From: an uncultured delta proteobacterium
GTDB lineage: Bacteria; Myxococcota; Myxococcia; Myxococcales; Myxococcaceae
Direction: 5' to 3'
Assembly (NCBI GenBank): GCA_963713045.1
Contig: CAVQKE010000004.1
Location: 1,221,898-1,285,897 of the forward strand
Length of the DNA: 64,000 nt
Made by a program: the position numbers and the translations under genes. Shown piece after piece: positions 51,196 through 62,649 of this stretch; positions within the stretch are counted from its first letter, which is position 1, and each line of letters begins with the position of its first letter. The notes under the pieces are model-generated. The model was given only the letters and a program-made list of their open reading frames with translations. It made no database searches and was not told the origin of the DNA.

Positions 51196-51411
51196 ATGAG
51201 AACCGAAAGTAGCGATACCGTAACTACGAAAGACGTTTTGGATGCGCTGGACCGGTACAGAACAGAATCCAGCGAAAGTGATCGTCAAACGGCGACAAAG
51301 CTGGGGATCAATTGCGTGACATTGAAGGCTTGGTTGCGCGGTGTCGATCCACCTCAACGGTGCCTCCTGGCGCGGTTAGCGGGTTTTTTAAGACGCGTCG
51401 GGTATTTGTGA
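51196..51411 (+). CDS. Small Cro/XRE-like HTH protein
   Basis: SDRQTATKLGINCVTLKAWLRG. Confidence 0.55.
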   Translation: MRTESSDTVTTKDVLDALDRYRTESSESDRQTATKLGINCVTLKAWLRGVDPPQRCLLARLAGFLRRVGYL

Positions 51412-51740
51412 TGGGGGTTAAAATTCTGTGATGATTGCTGCCGTCTGCGGCGGCGGCTGACTTTCCCGAAAACCGCCAGGAGCAGCATGACTAGGAATGC
51501 CCCAACACAGATCGGAGGCCAATCTGGTTGGTAGCCATTCCACGAAAAGGTGGGCAATAAGCCCCACCAATTCAATGCGCCGCCTATGAGCAGTAGGAGC
51601 CCCGCGCTAAGAAGAAACCAGCGCGAGGTTTTTCGTCGCGCAAAAGCGACTACTGCAGGCAACATCAGCAAAGATAAAACTGCGAAGTAGCCAAGGAAAC
51701 CAGCGACGCGGCTAGGAGTAATCTCAATAGTTGATAACAT
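51354..51740 (-). CDS. Hypothetical membrane protein
   Basis: Three hydrophobic segments; LPAVVAFARRK is weakly reminiscent of superinfection-immunity proteins. Confidence 0.5.
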   Translation of the reverse strand: MLSTIEITPSRVAGFLGYFAVLSLLMLPAVVAFARRKTSRWFLLSAGLLLLIGGALNWWGLLPTFSWNGYQPDWPPICVGAFLVMLLLAVFGKVSRRRRRQQSSQNFNPHHKYPTRLKKPANRARRHR

Positions 51741-52043
51741 AGCAGCTGTCCTAGTGTTTCGGCCTCGCCCTCGCTTGAGCCGCCGCCCCTCGCCTAGGAA
51801 ACATTAAGCCCAGCGCCTCCTTGTTGCCATCTTGCGAAAGCAACCACTTCCAGAGGATTTTTAAAAAGGCGTGCCGTCCCGGCCCGTGGAGCAACTTTTG
51901 GAGGCCCGGCATGCAGGTCTATCCATTGAACCCCACCTGAGATAAGAGATGGAAGTTACGAAGAAGGAAAACGAGGTACGGAACAAAGCAGCCAAGCGAG
52001 TGGAGATAGATTTGGCGATAATCGAGGAGCTGATGATGGCCTA

Positions 52044-52565
52044 CTAGCGCCGTTCCCTCAGCTTCAAAGCTCCTATGGTGGCGCTGTCGACTTGTCCGGA
52101 CGCTCGTAGCCCCTCTTTCCTTTGGAACTCCCTGATTGCACGCCTTGTTGCGGGTCCCAGTTTATCGTCAATCCGCCCCTTGTAATAACCGCGCTGCGCC
52201 AGCGCTCGCTGTACTGCCGCTGTGGTTGGCTTGGGCTCAGTTGTGGGCAAAGGAATAGGCGTCGCTGAATGAATCGGCGTCGCTGAAGGAGTCGATGTTG
52301 CTGAAGGACTCGGTGTTGCTGAAGGACTCGGTGTTGCTGAAGGACTCGGTGTTGCTGAAGGACTCGGTGTTGCTGAAGGACTCGGCGTCGCTGAAGGACT
52401 CGGCGTCGCTGAAGGACTCGGCGTCGCTGAAGGACTCGGTGTTGCTGAAGGACTCGGTGTTGCTGAAGGACTCGGTGTCGCTGAAGGACTCGGCGTCGCT
52501 GGGCTGCAGGCCAAGAGCAATGCACTTACGGAAAATAAAAGCGGGCCGAAAAGTACCTTTTTCAT
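52044..52565 (-). CDS. Lipoprotein with Pro/Ser/Thr linker and peptidoglycan-binding domain
   Basis: LLAC lipobox, (PSPSAT)n, and [24 protein letters not shown]. Confidence 0.85.
   Translation of the reverse strand: MKKVLFGPLLFSVSALLLACSPATPSPSATPSPSATPSPSATPSPSATPSPSATPSPSATPSPSATPSPSATPSPSATPSPSATPSPSATSTPSATPIHSATPIPLPTTEPKPTTAAVQRALAQRGYYKGRIDDKLGPATRRAIREFQRKEGLRASGQVDSATIGALKLRERR
52258..52500. repeat. 18-bp coding tandem repeat (~11 regular plus 2-3 degenerate units)
   Basis: GCTGAAGGACTCGG(T/C)GT(T/C) units with no spacers. Confidence 0.95.
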
Positions 52566-53072
52566 TTTGTGGTTAGCACTGGGCACAGTACGGTGGACAT
52601 TCGATCTCGCCAACAATGATGCCTAAGGCACTTGTTACTCCTTTACGAAGGAATCCTTACACCTACCCAAGGACATTGAAAACGGCAGGGCTGGTTTAGG
52701 ATTCAGCAAGCTCGTTTAACGAATCGTCAAATGACTGAGCGCATTTTGGGAGCAGCTTTGATGTGCGTCGATTGCGCTTACACGATAGTGAAAGTCACTA
52801 AGGACATGATGACAGCGCATAAAGGTGTCTGGAGCTGGACCGCGCAAGAGATCCACGAAAAGTCGCCCGTATTTGGTTGCTCGCTTGGGACAGCCCCATG
52901 CAAGATCGACCGATTTGCCTGAATGCTCGAATCAAAGAAATGCGCATTGCTCACAGAAGTCATATATAAATTAACTATTGGTAATAAGTATCGTTACCAT
53001 ATCGCCTAGGAGGAGAACCCAAATTCAGCCTTTTCTGTTTTTGAAATTATTGATAACTTGCTGTGACAAGGA

Positions 53073-53732
53073 GTGATGCAAGTAAATCGAATAGTCATTT
53101 CATTCGTTGCGAGATTGACACAAACCAAGTTGTCATTACCAGCAACGTTCGTGATTACTACATCTATATTCGTTACGTTGTTCATTACGTCAGTACCTGT
53201 TTTCGCAGATATCTTGGTAGTTGGCTCCGTGTACTTTGATTCAGAACAAACTTTAAAGGAAGTGATTAATTTATCAACACAGCATGACAATGAAGGCATT
53301 GCTAAATTAATTCAAAATGGCCATATAAGCGACCAAACACGGGAGGAGAAGGATATTGTAGTGTTAATAAGTGGATCGACACCCGAAAGTCCAGCCGAAT
53401 TCCGTTTTTTGAACGGACCAACAACTTATTGGACCTTGACAAAAAATGTCACGGATCTTGCTAAACCTTTACCGACCACAACACCAGTACCAACACCGAC
53501 CTCAACACCCGTACCAACACCAACACCCGCACCTACTGAATCTCCAACCCCAACACCAACCTCTGAGCATCATCGTCGGCAACATGAAAGCAATGCTCCT
53601 TTTGATGACCATAACGGTCAGCGCATTTGGCATCAGGTCGATGGTAAATGGAAATGGTACCCTGCTAATAGCCGTCATGTACCTGTAAGGAAAGCATTAC
53701 CTCCGGACGAGGCACCACTTGTTAAACCTTGA
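53073..53732 (+). CDS. Hypothetical exported protein with PT-rich linker
   Basis: Hydrophobic N-terminus and PTPT repeats; visibly AT-richer than the flanks. Confidence 0.65.
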   Translation: MMQVNRIVISFVARLTQTKLSLPATFVITTSIFVTLFITSVPVFADILVVGSVYFDSEQTLKEVINLSTQHDNEGIAKLIQNGHISDQTREEKDIVVLISGSTPESPAEFRFLNGPTTYWTLTKNVTDLAKPLPTTTPVPTPTSTPVPTPTPAPTESPTPTPTSEHHRRQHESNAPFDDHNGQRIWHQVDGKWKWYPANSRHVPVRKALPPDEAPLVKP

Positions 53733-54138
53733 TATCAGAAGAGACGCGAGGAATTCAGGTGCCCCCCAGTTGATTCCCAAGCAGGTTTATTATGGCGAGA
53801 GGCCTCTTTTGTGGGAGGATTAAGCCGTCAGCGTGCTTTGACTATAAATGATACACCGCACTAGGGCGTCAGTCCGAAAACACTCCGTTCTAGAATGGCT
53901 GGGCGGACTGACTGCATTTACGGAGGCTTGAATATAGATCAGTGAAAAATACGGAGGGCCGCATTTTCGGGTCCGTTGTTTCGCGGAAAGGCTCAAGTGC
54001 TAGCGATAAAATGGAAGCAATGACCGAGACTTGGTGACACCCGGAGATGCCGCGGCTTTTTGGGAGATCGTGCCCTGAACGGAGAACCAGCCGGTGGCCC
54101 TTTCGAGTCACCGGCTTGGCGTTGATCTGTGGTGTACG

Positions 54139-54423
54139 TTAGTGCTTGGCGTTGTGCAGCAGTTCCATGGTTTCCTCCACCCAGCCCTTAATAAAGGCCT
54201 CACGCTCCGCTCCTTTTGTGTACCCCTGACGGTACGCTCTTGTTTCGGCTGTTTCCTTAATGTCCTTGGGATCAGTAATTGTTACGCCATCCCTCCAATA
54301 AAGGGCTGCGTTGCCGAACCCGGCTTGACAAGCCTTTTCTACGGCTGACGCTTCGGGTGCGTTTGGTCCAGAAAAAGCGGACAAAGCGATTACAAACGAT
54401 AGTGCGATTAGTGTTTTTCTCAT
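54139..54423 (-). CDS. Hypothetical secreted protein
   Basis: Signal peptide MRKTLIALSFVIALSAFS. Confidence 0.55.
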   Translation of the reverse strand: MRKTLIALSFVIALSAFSGPNAPEASAVEKACQAGFGNAALYWRDGVTITDPKDIKETAETRAYRQGYTKGAEREAFIKGWVEETMELLHNAKH

Positions 54424-54459
54424 GTTTGGTGGTTTCTCGCTGGCGTGTTCGTGCAACCG

Positions 54460-54600
54460 ACCAAATACGCATCAACCAAGGCACCGCGATTGCCATAGAG
54501 CTCCGCCGGATTGTTGAATTGTGCCACGAGGTCCGCGTACTGCATCGGGATATCAAACTCGACAATTTATTATTAAGGCAGAATCCGAGAGCCTCTGGTT
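54460..54600 (+). pseudogene. Ser/Thr protein kinase fragment
   Basis: CHEVRVLHRDIKLDNLLL catalytic loop only. Confidence 0.55.
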
Positions 54601-54621
54601 GGTCCTTGGGTTGACTTGGTT

Positions 54622-55988
54622 TGAAGATGATTCCTTTCCAAAGATCCGGTCCGTAAAGCTGCCATGGGGCGTTCTCAGGCTAACTTACCCCCTTTCTCCC
54701 ATCTTTTGTAGCAGTTACGCTTAATCCTTACCCCTCGGAGCGGACCAAGTCGTTCACAGTAATCAAATTTGAACGCAACAGAACCAAAGCTAGTTGGAGT
54801 CTCGAGCGCGGGATTTCGCCCCCAAACTTGTTCCAGATCTTCTCGGGGACTGTGTTTCAGGATTCATCGTTTCCCTTTTTTCTGATCGTTTTCTTTTCTC
54901 TGTGCGCAACGAGCCATGATTGCCCGCGCAATCCACGCGACTCTAAAAATGTCTATTTCGTTTGAAGCCGCGAGATGGAATCTCCAAACCGTCAATTTCC
55001 GTCGCCGCGAAAGTCCTCCTGAATCTATGTTTATCGGTCGGTGTCATCCAGGCTAAATCCGGCGCGTATCTGATTAATAAACAGCATTTGAAAGAGAGAT
55101 GTGTCCTTTCAAGGTCGCCCTCATTCAGGTGCGGGAGGGTGATACGCCCGTTAACTGACTTTCCTTCATGAGGCTCCCACGCTTCAAGACTCACGCCCTC
55201 CAGTCTTTCACGCTCCGTTTCGATTTTAACGGGGCGCTGCCACCTTTCTCTTCAGTTGCTCTCGACGGATTTCCAATAGCTTTGGATTGTGATAAGAGAA
55301 ACCTTCAAGCGAGCGGCGATCCGACTCGCACTCCAGCCTTTGATTAGAAAAGGGTAGACGACTGTTCGAGTGTATAGGTCCAAGCTCAAGAGCTCTCTCA
55401 GTAATTTACAGCTCGGGTTAAGGCCGATGTTTCTCCTCAGCTCATTGGTCCACTGCATCGACATCGGTTCCGATCGAATGAGAGTAAGCTCATCAGGTCT
55501 GCCGTCAGTGCGATTCAGAAGCGTGGTCATTTGCATTGTCTTTCATTAGTAATCAATACAATACCCCCGTCACCCTGCGCACAGATGCTTGAATCACCAC
55601 GCATCTCCGCGTCTCGGCCACTAACAATGGGTATTCATACAACAGATAAATTTGACGCAAGAATTGGACGCGAAATTCAATATGGGAGGCTTTCAGTGTG
55701 ACATGAGCGTCCTCCGCCCGGGTCGCTACGCGGAGCGGTCCGGACCGAGTCGTTTGTCTGCAATTTAATGGACGACTAAGACTTTCCTGGACCTTTACCG
55801 GGATCCGACTGTCGCCAAGAACACGAGCCGTTCGGATTCCGGGACCTGATGCACTACGCGGATCCGGTCAGCCTCTACATCATCACGCAGCCAAATGACG
55901 AGGCGAGGTTGCGGCCGCTTTGCGGATCGTGGTCAATATGGAGAGCATTTCAAACTGGGGGCAACGCGGCCTTCTTCTGAATCTGCGT
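54622..55988 (-). repeat. Copy B of the inverted duplication (sigma-4-like ORF frameshifted)
   Basis: Reverse complement of 25352-26770 with small indels. Confidence 0.92.
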
Positions 55989-56149
55989 CTCCTGTTCAGT
56001 TTGCATTTCCGGATACCAACGAACGAAGGTCTCCCGAGTTGGTCATCGAGTACCACCTTCGTCCGCACCTGGAGTAAATTGTGGGCGACGGGCTCAGTCC
56101 ATCGCATTTGCTGCTTCTTCACCATGCGCTTGCTGACCACATGATTCAC
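55940..56149 (-). mobile_element. ISKra4 right-end relic
   Basis: GGAGAGCATTTCAAACTGGGGG IR and AVNHVVSKRMVKKQQMRW. Confidence 0.8.
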
Positions 56150-57863
56150 GGCAGTGTTGCAAGTTTGTAGTCGAGGCGAAGATCTGCGTAGATGATAGAT
56201 GATCGGCAATTCAGTTCGTCGCCGCGAACAGACCGAAAATGAAACGGTGCAATAGACCAACCTTCGCACCCGCCGCACTCCCGTACGCCTGGCCTTTGCG
56301 GATCATGTGAATCGCTTCGTAGCCGGCAATCGTGCGCCAAGCTCCCCAGAAGGAGTGAAAATGCTGACTTGCACGGACACGGCGCTTGATCGCCCGATGA
56401 TCCTGTTCCAGGACATTGTTGAGATACTGCACCGGTCGATGAGTACAGTTCACCGGAAGTGTTGCAACTTTGCAGGTACCCCGTGATAGGCTGGCCGGAT
56501 GCTTTTCCTGGCCTCTTCAGTTTGCGGACTGTTCAAGTGGCGCCAATTTGAGCCGCAGGTCATTCTGCTGGCTGTGGGCTGGTACCTGAGCTTCTCATTG
56601 TCCTACCGTGAAGTCGAGGAACTCCGTGCCGAGCGCGGCCTGTTGGTCGACCACGTTACTGTCTGGAGATGGGTGCAACGCTATGCCCCGGAATTGGAAC
56701 GACGTTTGCGCTCGAGGCTCAAACCGACCAATGACTCTTGGCGGCACTGCCGCCGTTTTGGCCGTCACAAGTAGTCTACGATTTAACTTGAAATCGACAG
56801 AAGGCGTTTCGCGTCAAATAATCGCCTCTGTTAGGTCTGTCAGCTTCCCTCCCGCTACCCCACATTCGTCAATCCTAGTTTGATTCGCAGCTCAATGCTT
56901 TGAAAGTTTATGTTCGACTTATTTCTTCATGCCCAAGACGTTCACACCGTAACCGTATGTTGCCACTTCGAAAGACACCCTCAGCCCTGCACCAGGGATG
57001 GAGTTTCAGGCTTATTCCTCACATTTTGCTGGGTTTTAGGGGAGAGATCGCGCGAGCGCAGCAATCGTCTCCAGGCACGCCAAAACCAAGCCCTGCAAAC
57101 GCAGTTCCGACGCCAATCCCGCTTTGCAGATCGCAGCAGAAGCACAAACCACGGATCAGACTGTACGCGATATCGAGGCCAACTTCTCGACCGATCAACT
57201 GACCACATCCATCGAAGAGCGCCTCCCGCAGTTGGCAAAAGAAGTCGAGATGCGCATAAACGAAATGACGAAGCTTATGACTTCGAGGTTGCCTCTCGAA
57301 CTTCTGCGACACATGGAGAACGCTGTACGGACGTTGCATGATGGGAAGTGTTGCAACTTTGCAGGAGTGCTTTGATAAGCTTGGCCGATATGGTCCTCGC
57401 ACCCTCAGTCGCCGGTCTGTTCAAATGGCGCCAATTTGAGCCGGAAGTGATCCTACTCGCGGTGGGCTGGTACATGGTTTTTCACTGTCGTACCGTGACG
57501 TCGAGGAACTCCTTGCTGAGCGTGGACTTTTGGTCGACCACGTCACCGTCTGGAGGTGGGTCCAACGTTACGCGTTGGAAATTCAGCACCGATTGCGACC
57601 GCGGCTCCGACCGACCAACGACAGTTGGCGGGTGGATGAGACCTACATTCGGGTCAAGGCCAAGTGGGGTATTTATACCGGGCTGTCGACTCCAGCGGTG
57701 CGACGATCGACTGGATGTGTTGCAACTTTGTAGTCGAGATGAAGGTCGGGGTTGATAATCGCAAATTTAGCTCGTCGTAGCGAACAGACCGAGAATGAAG
57801 CGGTGCAGTAGACCGACCCTCGCACCCGTCGCACTCCAGCACGCTTGGCCTTTGCGGATCATG
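56150..57863. mobile_element. Cluster of four IS6-family fragments
   Basis: GG(C/A)(A/T)GTGTTGCAA ends at 56150, 56455, 57344 and 57713; YLNNVLEQDHR and FKWRQFEP..WRWVQRY fragments. Confidence 0.8.
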
Positions 57864-57864
57864 A

Positions 57865-58149
57865 GTGACACTGTCGGCCTGTGACACCGGCTCAGGGGAA
57901 GCGCGAGCTGGAGAAGGAGTCATGGGCTTGGGAAGAGGCTTTATCCAAGCCGGTGCGCAGAACCTCTTAATGACGCTCTGGCCGATCAGCGATCAGGTTA
58001 CCGTGCAGATCATGAGCGACTTTTACGATGCTGCACAAACCGGGAACGCTCCTGAGGCCTTGGCCGAGGTGCAACGCGAATGGCTAGTCAACCTGCGCAC
58101 CGAGAAAGGGCTAGCCCAAGCGGTCAATCTTGCCGGGCAGCAGACCTAG
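57865..58149 (+). pseudogene. CHAT (caspase-like) domain C-terminal fragment
   Basis: VTLSACDTG..GEGVMGLGRGFIQAGA..TLWPISD; 5' part replaced by an IS6 relic. Confidence 0.8.
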
Positions 58150-58195
58150 TCTACTTCTGGCGCTAGGCAGTTTCCAAAACTGGGGCGAAGGATAA

Positions 58196-58489
58196 CTATG
58201 GCTGTAATCGTCTTAGAATCCTGGAAATTGATTCGAGCGAGCGCCGAGTGACGGGTCCTCGGTAAAGCTTCGTCTCGACCTCTACACCTTCATGGAGGGC
58301 ATCAAGATAAATAATATTGAGTTCGCGAAAAATCCAAACGCGATATTCGTTGCCATCGTCCCTGAATACTATCTGAGGCATAGCTCGGCCAGCGGGCTTG
58401 GCTCGCTTGTGACCGAGACTGATAAGCTTGAGCGTTGACTCAGCCTCGAGGGCAGCGGCCCAGCCCCTGATCTCTTCCGGTGAAAGCAT
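58196..58489 (-). CDS. Hypothetical protein
   Basis: 97-aa ATG ORF. Confidence 0.5.
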   Translation of the reverse strand: MLSPEEIRGWAAALEAESTLKLISLGHKRAKPAGRAMPQIVFRDDGNEYRVWIFRELNIIYLDALHEGVEVETKLYRGPVTRRSLESISRILRRLQP

Positions 58490-59408
58490 GTCTTGGGGTA
58501 ATGCTTTGTGCTCTTCGCAACCCCAGCGTATGAGCCACTAAGCGCGAAGTCTATCCAGGTAGGTCGAGCATAGTTCCCCAAAATTGTTGTCTGTGCGTAA
58601 GTCTACGTTGCACTATGAAGACTACAAGGGTGCGCATCGTCGCAGCGCCGACTTGCCCAAGTGAACAAAAATCACCTAGGGCTCTTTTCGTCAGGAAGTG
58701 CCTAAATACCTCCGCTCCCCTAGCGCGAGTTCGTTACGTGATCCTGGATCCGGTTGGCATCCACATTGCTACGCCAACAAAAATACGTCGCGGCGACACC
58801 TAGCTGGTGCGTGCAGGTCGTGAGTCGCTGCACCGGTGGTCCTATCTCTGTATCGCAGCTCACTACTGACCAACCGTATTGTTGCAATGGGTTCCGGAAA
58901 GTTATTCACATTCCTGCATAGGTTTTTCCAGATTATGAGACTCAAAGACAGTTTTTGCGGTTCCCTCGGCAAATTGATCGGTCTAACCGTCTTCTTTTTG
59001 ATGGATTGAACGGTATTCTTATCAGCATCCCGACATTCCTAGAGCATCCCGAAATTCTCAATTTTGAGGATTATCCACAACTTGTTCACACCGAAATTGG
59101 CCGGTCATCGCGGTCAGGCCAGAGCTTGCCCGACAAAGTTTTGGATCACCGGAGGGCAACGCAGCGAAGCGGCCAGGCGAGCCGTCAACGCCGGGTGGGC
59201 GAAATCTCGCGGGTCGCGTTCATAACGGGCAATGAACTGATTGCCGTTAATTTTTAGCCAAATTGGCATCACTCTTCTCGATGAATTACCGTAGTTCTTC
59301 AGTAGTAGTTCTTCAGTACAGCCTGTAGTACGCAAGAACATTTCGTCCTACCGACCGCATCTTGCTGTTTCGTTAACCGTTCTCCAAGAGATTCTTTCCG
59401 TCCTGACG

Positions 59409-59690
59409 TCACGCGGTTGGTTCTTGAATCACCTTGTAGATTGCTCCATCCGTGCCTCGAAAGACTTGCTCCTTCGTTATTTTGTCGAAACGGGTTTTTT
59501 CGATTTCCTGACGTATTAGGACGTCAGCAGGGGTCACGCCCAGGCCATTAAGGAGAATGCTCCAAGCAACGATGCGCAATTCTACTGGGCTCCGATCCAT
59601 GCCGTTCGCGTCCTTCGCCGAGACCTCCACTATGTAACGATATCCGCTTGGTGGAAACTTACCCTGATAGTCGAGATAGACGGCGTTCAT
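59409..59690 (-). CDS. Hypothetical protein
   Basis: 93-aa ATG ORF. Confidence 0.5.
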   Translation of the reverse strand: MNAVYLDYQGKFPPSGYRYIVEVSAKDANGMDRSPVELRIVAWSILLNGLGVTPADVLIRQEIEKTRFDKITKEQVFRGTDGAIYKVIQEPTA

Positions 59691-59847
59691 TGTTGCCTAA
59701 ATGCACGACCAGCCACGCAAACCCAAAAGTAAATCGGCGTGGCAACGAGCAAAAGCTATGGGCTGGCCTCAGCCGGCGCTATCACACGTATTCTATTGCG
59801 AAATCTGCCTCAAAGCGTTCACCTGGCGGGTTCGATAAATTATTTTG

Positions 59848-60912
59848 TTACGACCCCGCTGTCACCGCGAATGGTCCGTTCCATTTGAAAGCGGGCCCCG
59901 AGTCGCGCCAGAAGAACGCAAACTGGTCACCGATGCGTACGATCACCTCGAGGTTTCCCGGATTGCCGAAGTTACTTTGGATGAATGTCACAGACTCGAT
60001 CGGTGTCTGCCGCGCCGGCTCGCGGCCGAAGACAGCTGATTCACTCCACGGCAGGGTTGAATCGTCGTTGTTACGCCAATAGTGGACTATTCCGCCGTTT
60101 GGTGAAAACGCCGGTTCGATTGCTAGTAGCTCGAAGTTTCCAATTGCGCCGAAACGGCTCTGAATGAGAACCGGGCTGATTCCGTTGGCTGCGATTGGTG
60201 TCGGACCATTCCGGACAAACGCCGGACCGAAGTCGCGCCAGAAGAAGTCGATGGTGGTGCCGACGCCGACAACGATTTCCAAGTTGCCTGGCTTTCCAAA
60301 TCTCCTCTCAATAAACGAAACTGATGCGACTGTCCCCAGTTCCTGTCCGAAGATCGTGGGCCCGTGCCAAGGGAGCGTCGGATCGTCGTTGTTCCGCCAA
60401 TAATGCGCCAGACCTCCCGATGCCATCGGCGTGAGGAGCTCGAAGTTCCCTTTGTTGCCACAGCGGCTCTGAATTAAGACCGGATTCCCGGTCACGCCCG
60501 CGATTGGTACTCCGTCTGCGACGAGCGGAATGGAACCGTTCCACCTGACCGCCGGCCCGGAGCCGCGCCAGAAGAAAACGAGCCGGTCTGCGATGCGCCC
60601 AACGACCTCTAGGTTCCCCGAATCGCCGAAGTTGCTTTGAATCATCCCGACTGCTTCAAAGCGTCCGGCTTCTTGCCCGAAGCGAATCGGACCGAACCAA
60701 GGCACGAGTGGATCGTCGTTGTTGCGCCAATAATGCGCCAGACCTCCCGATGCCATCGGGGTGAGGAGCTCGAAGTTCCCTTTGTTGCCACAGCGGCTCT
60801 GGATCAGGGTCGGCACCCCGCTAACGCCGCCGAGCGGAAGCGGCGACCGGTTGCTTTCCGGCAAGGCCATGACCCGCGGTATGAATGCCGACTCAGATTC
60901 AAGTCCTGGCAT
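59848..60912 (-). CDS. Tandem-repeat protein, probable six-bladed beta-propeller (lectin-like)
   Basis: Three ~110-aa units, each of two sub-repeats (QSR.GN.GNFELL..HYWRNNDD / QSNFG..GNLEV..FFWR). Confidence 0.7.
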   Translation of the reverse strand: MPGLESESAFIPRVMALPESNRSPLPLGGVSGVPTLIQSRCGNKGNFELLTPMASGGLAHYWRNNDDPLVPWFGPIRFGQEAGRFEAVGMIQSNFGDSGNLEVVGRIADRLVFFWRGSGPAVRWNGSIPLVADGVPIAGVTGNPVLIQSRCGNKGNFELLTPMASGGLAHYWRNNDDPTLPWHGPTIFGQELGTVASVSFIERRFGKPGNLEIVVGVGTTIDFFWRDFGPAFVRNGPTPIAANGISPVLIQSRFGAIGNFELLAIEPAFSPNGGIVHYWRNNDDSTLPWSESAVFGREPARQTPIESVTFIQSNFGNPGNLEVIVRIGDQFAFFWRDSGPAFKWNGPFAVTAGS

Positions 60913-61347
60913 AACGCTTAGATATGCCCGCCCTTTCGCGCAAGCTTCAGTGTACTATACTCGTAAAGCCGGACGGGACTTTTGCCAGTATTCCAACAGC
61001 GGAGATGTGACACTGGCAAGCCTAGGTTTTTTGGTTTACGGGTTAGCTGTTGGATAGTCATAGCAAATAAAGACACCATTTTTGTCATATTCAGCGCGAA
61101 TTTTGTCTGGATCAGCAGCTTTACCCGCGCGTTCTTCCTTTGCAGACTCAATTTTTAGCAGTCCCCCCGCTCAGGATGAAGGCGTGGTGCGTCAGGAGGA
61201 AAGATGCTTTCGAAGCAAGAGCTTGCCCAGCCAGTAGGCAACGCGAAGATCCGTGGTGAGTTCGACACGGATGCCTTAACGGATGTGGGTCCAAAGGCAA
61301 ACGACGCGGTTCTGTTTCCGCGCTTACGGTCAGATCACGACGGCAAT

Positions 61348-62649
61348 ATGATCGGGTTATCCCTTGCCGGAACGGTTTTGGCAAGGCGGTTCAAAATCTT
61401 GGAAAGGACCGATGGGGAAAGTTTTAAGGCACATGATCTCGCGCTTGATCAAACCGTAACAGTCAGACAGGCAATGCCGACGTCGCCTCGCGACGGTGAT
61501 GCTTGGCGCCAGAAAGTCCAGCAACTCGTTTTGGTGCGAAACCCCAACTTCTTGAATGTCCTCGACGTGGTCTTCGACACATCGAGCGATTTTGTCATTA
61601 CTGAGCGTCCCCGGGGTCGCTCGATTGGAGAGCTGCTGCGGGAGCGATCACGTTTTGACTTTGAAGATGTTTTGCGGTTAATGACTCCTTTGGCAGGCTC
61701 TCTCGACCTTGCTGCCACCCTTACCTGCTGTCCGAACCCAATCTCCGCTTGCTGGCTGTTCACCGAAACGAGGCGCTCGTTTGCAGTTGATTGCGAACAG
61801 CGTCCGCTCTCCGAATTGCCACCATTTTTCGTCAAGCTGGACGTGTGGGAACTCGTAAGGCCTAGGAAGAATATTGAGTGGCCTTTTCTGACCTCGAATG
61901 CGCCGAGCGGCGCCTCAAGAGGATTGGCAGTTAGGCAAGCGGCGCTGTTCACCTACGAACTGCTCGGCGGTGAGAAAAAGAAGGAGGGTGAAGTCAAGCG
62001 CTGGTTCAAGCCTGTGAATGGACTGGGAGACGCCGGTAATTCTATCCTTTACCTTGGTCTGCAAGGCTCGCCACGGTTCAAGAGTTGCGAATGCTTCTTT
62101 CAGAAGCTGAAGTCAGCAAATCAGTCGGGCAAACAAGAGTCAAGAGCATTACCTGCGTTGGCACCCCAGGAGAATTCTGTGTTTCTACCCGACACAAACG
62201 ACGTTATCAGAAAATTCAATCGCGACACTCGGTACGTTGCAACCGGAGTTTTGGGTGCCGTGGTTTTTGCTGGTCTTATGCTGGCGCTTCTGGTCCAAGA
62301 ACGTTATCCAAACGCGGTCGATAACACAGGTGAAGCGGTGCAAGCCGGAGGTAACCTCTTGCTGAATACCAATGTCGCAACCCTCGCCGAAAACGTGGTC
62401 TTGACCGGAAAGAGTTCCACCGGTGAAATAGCGCCGGGACAGGCGAGTAGCGTTGATCAAGCGTTCACTAATATTTCCCCGAAGGAAAATCCTTCCTCAC
62501 AGATGGAAGCAGCAGCGTCGGTTCCAACTCCCGTTTTCGCAATCGCGTCTGAATTAAATCATACCAACGCGCAGACGAACAGAAGTACGTCATCACCGGT
62601 AATTTGGCAAGATTCTGCGCGAGTGATCCGGCCAAAGATCCAAAAGTAA
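61348..62649 (+). CDS. Membrane-anchored degenerate Ser/Thr kinase-like protein (pseudokinase)
   Basis: Kinase-like N-lobe (RFKILE..AHDLALDQTVTVR, NPNFLNVLDV, VITERPRG) without HRD or DFG; one TM segment; probable frameshift near the end. Confidence 0.6.
   Translation: MIGLSLAGTVLARRFKILERTDGESFKAHDLALDQTVTVRQAMPTSPRDGDAWRQKVQQLVLVRNPNFLNVLDVVFDTSSDFVITERPRGRSIGELLRERSRFDFEDVLRLMTPLAGSLDLAATLTCCPNPISACWLFTETRRSFAVDCEQRPLSELPPFFVKLDVWELVRPRKNIEWPFLTSNAPSGASRGLAVRQAALFTYELLGGEKKKEGEVKRWFKPVNGLGDAGNSILYLGLQGSPRFKSCECFFQKLKSANQSGKQESRALPALAPQENSVFLPDTNDVIRKFNRDTRYVATGVLGAVVFAGLMLALLVQERYPNAVDNTGEAVQAGGNLLLNTNVATLAENVVLTGKSSTGEIAPGQASSVDQAFTNISPKENPSSQMEAAASVPTPVFAIASELNHTNAQTNRSTSSPVIWQDSARVIRPKIQK

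Noticed and set aside
52258..52500. Regular short repeats suggesting a CRISPR array
   Set aside because: Contiguous 18-bp units with no unique spacers, in frame as PSPSAT in a lipoprotein; no cas genes.
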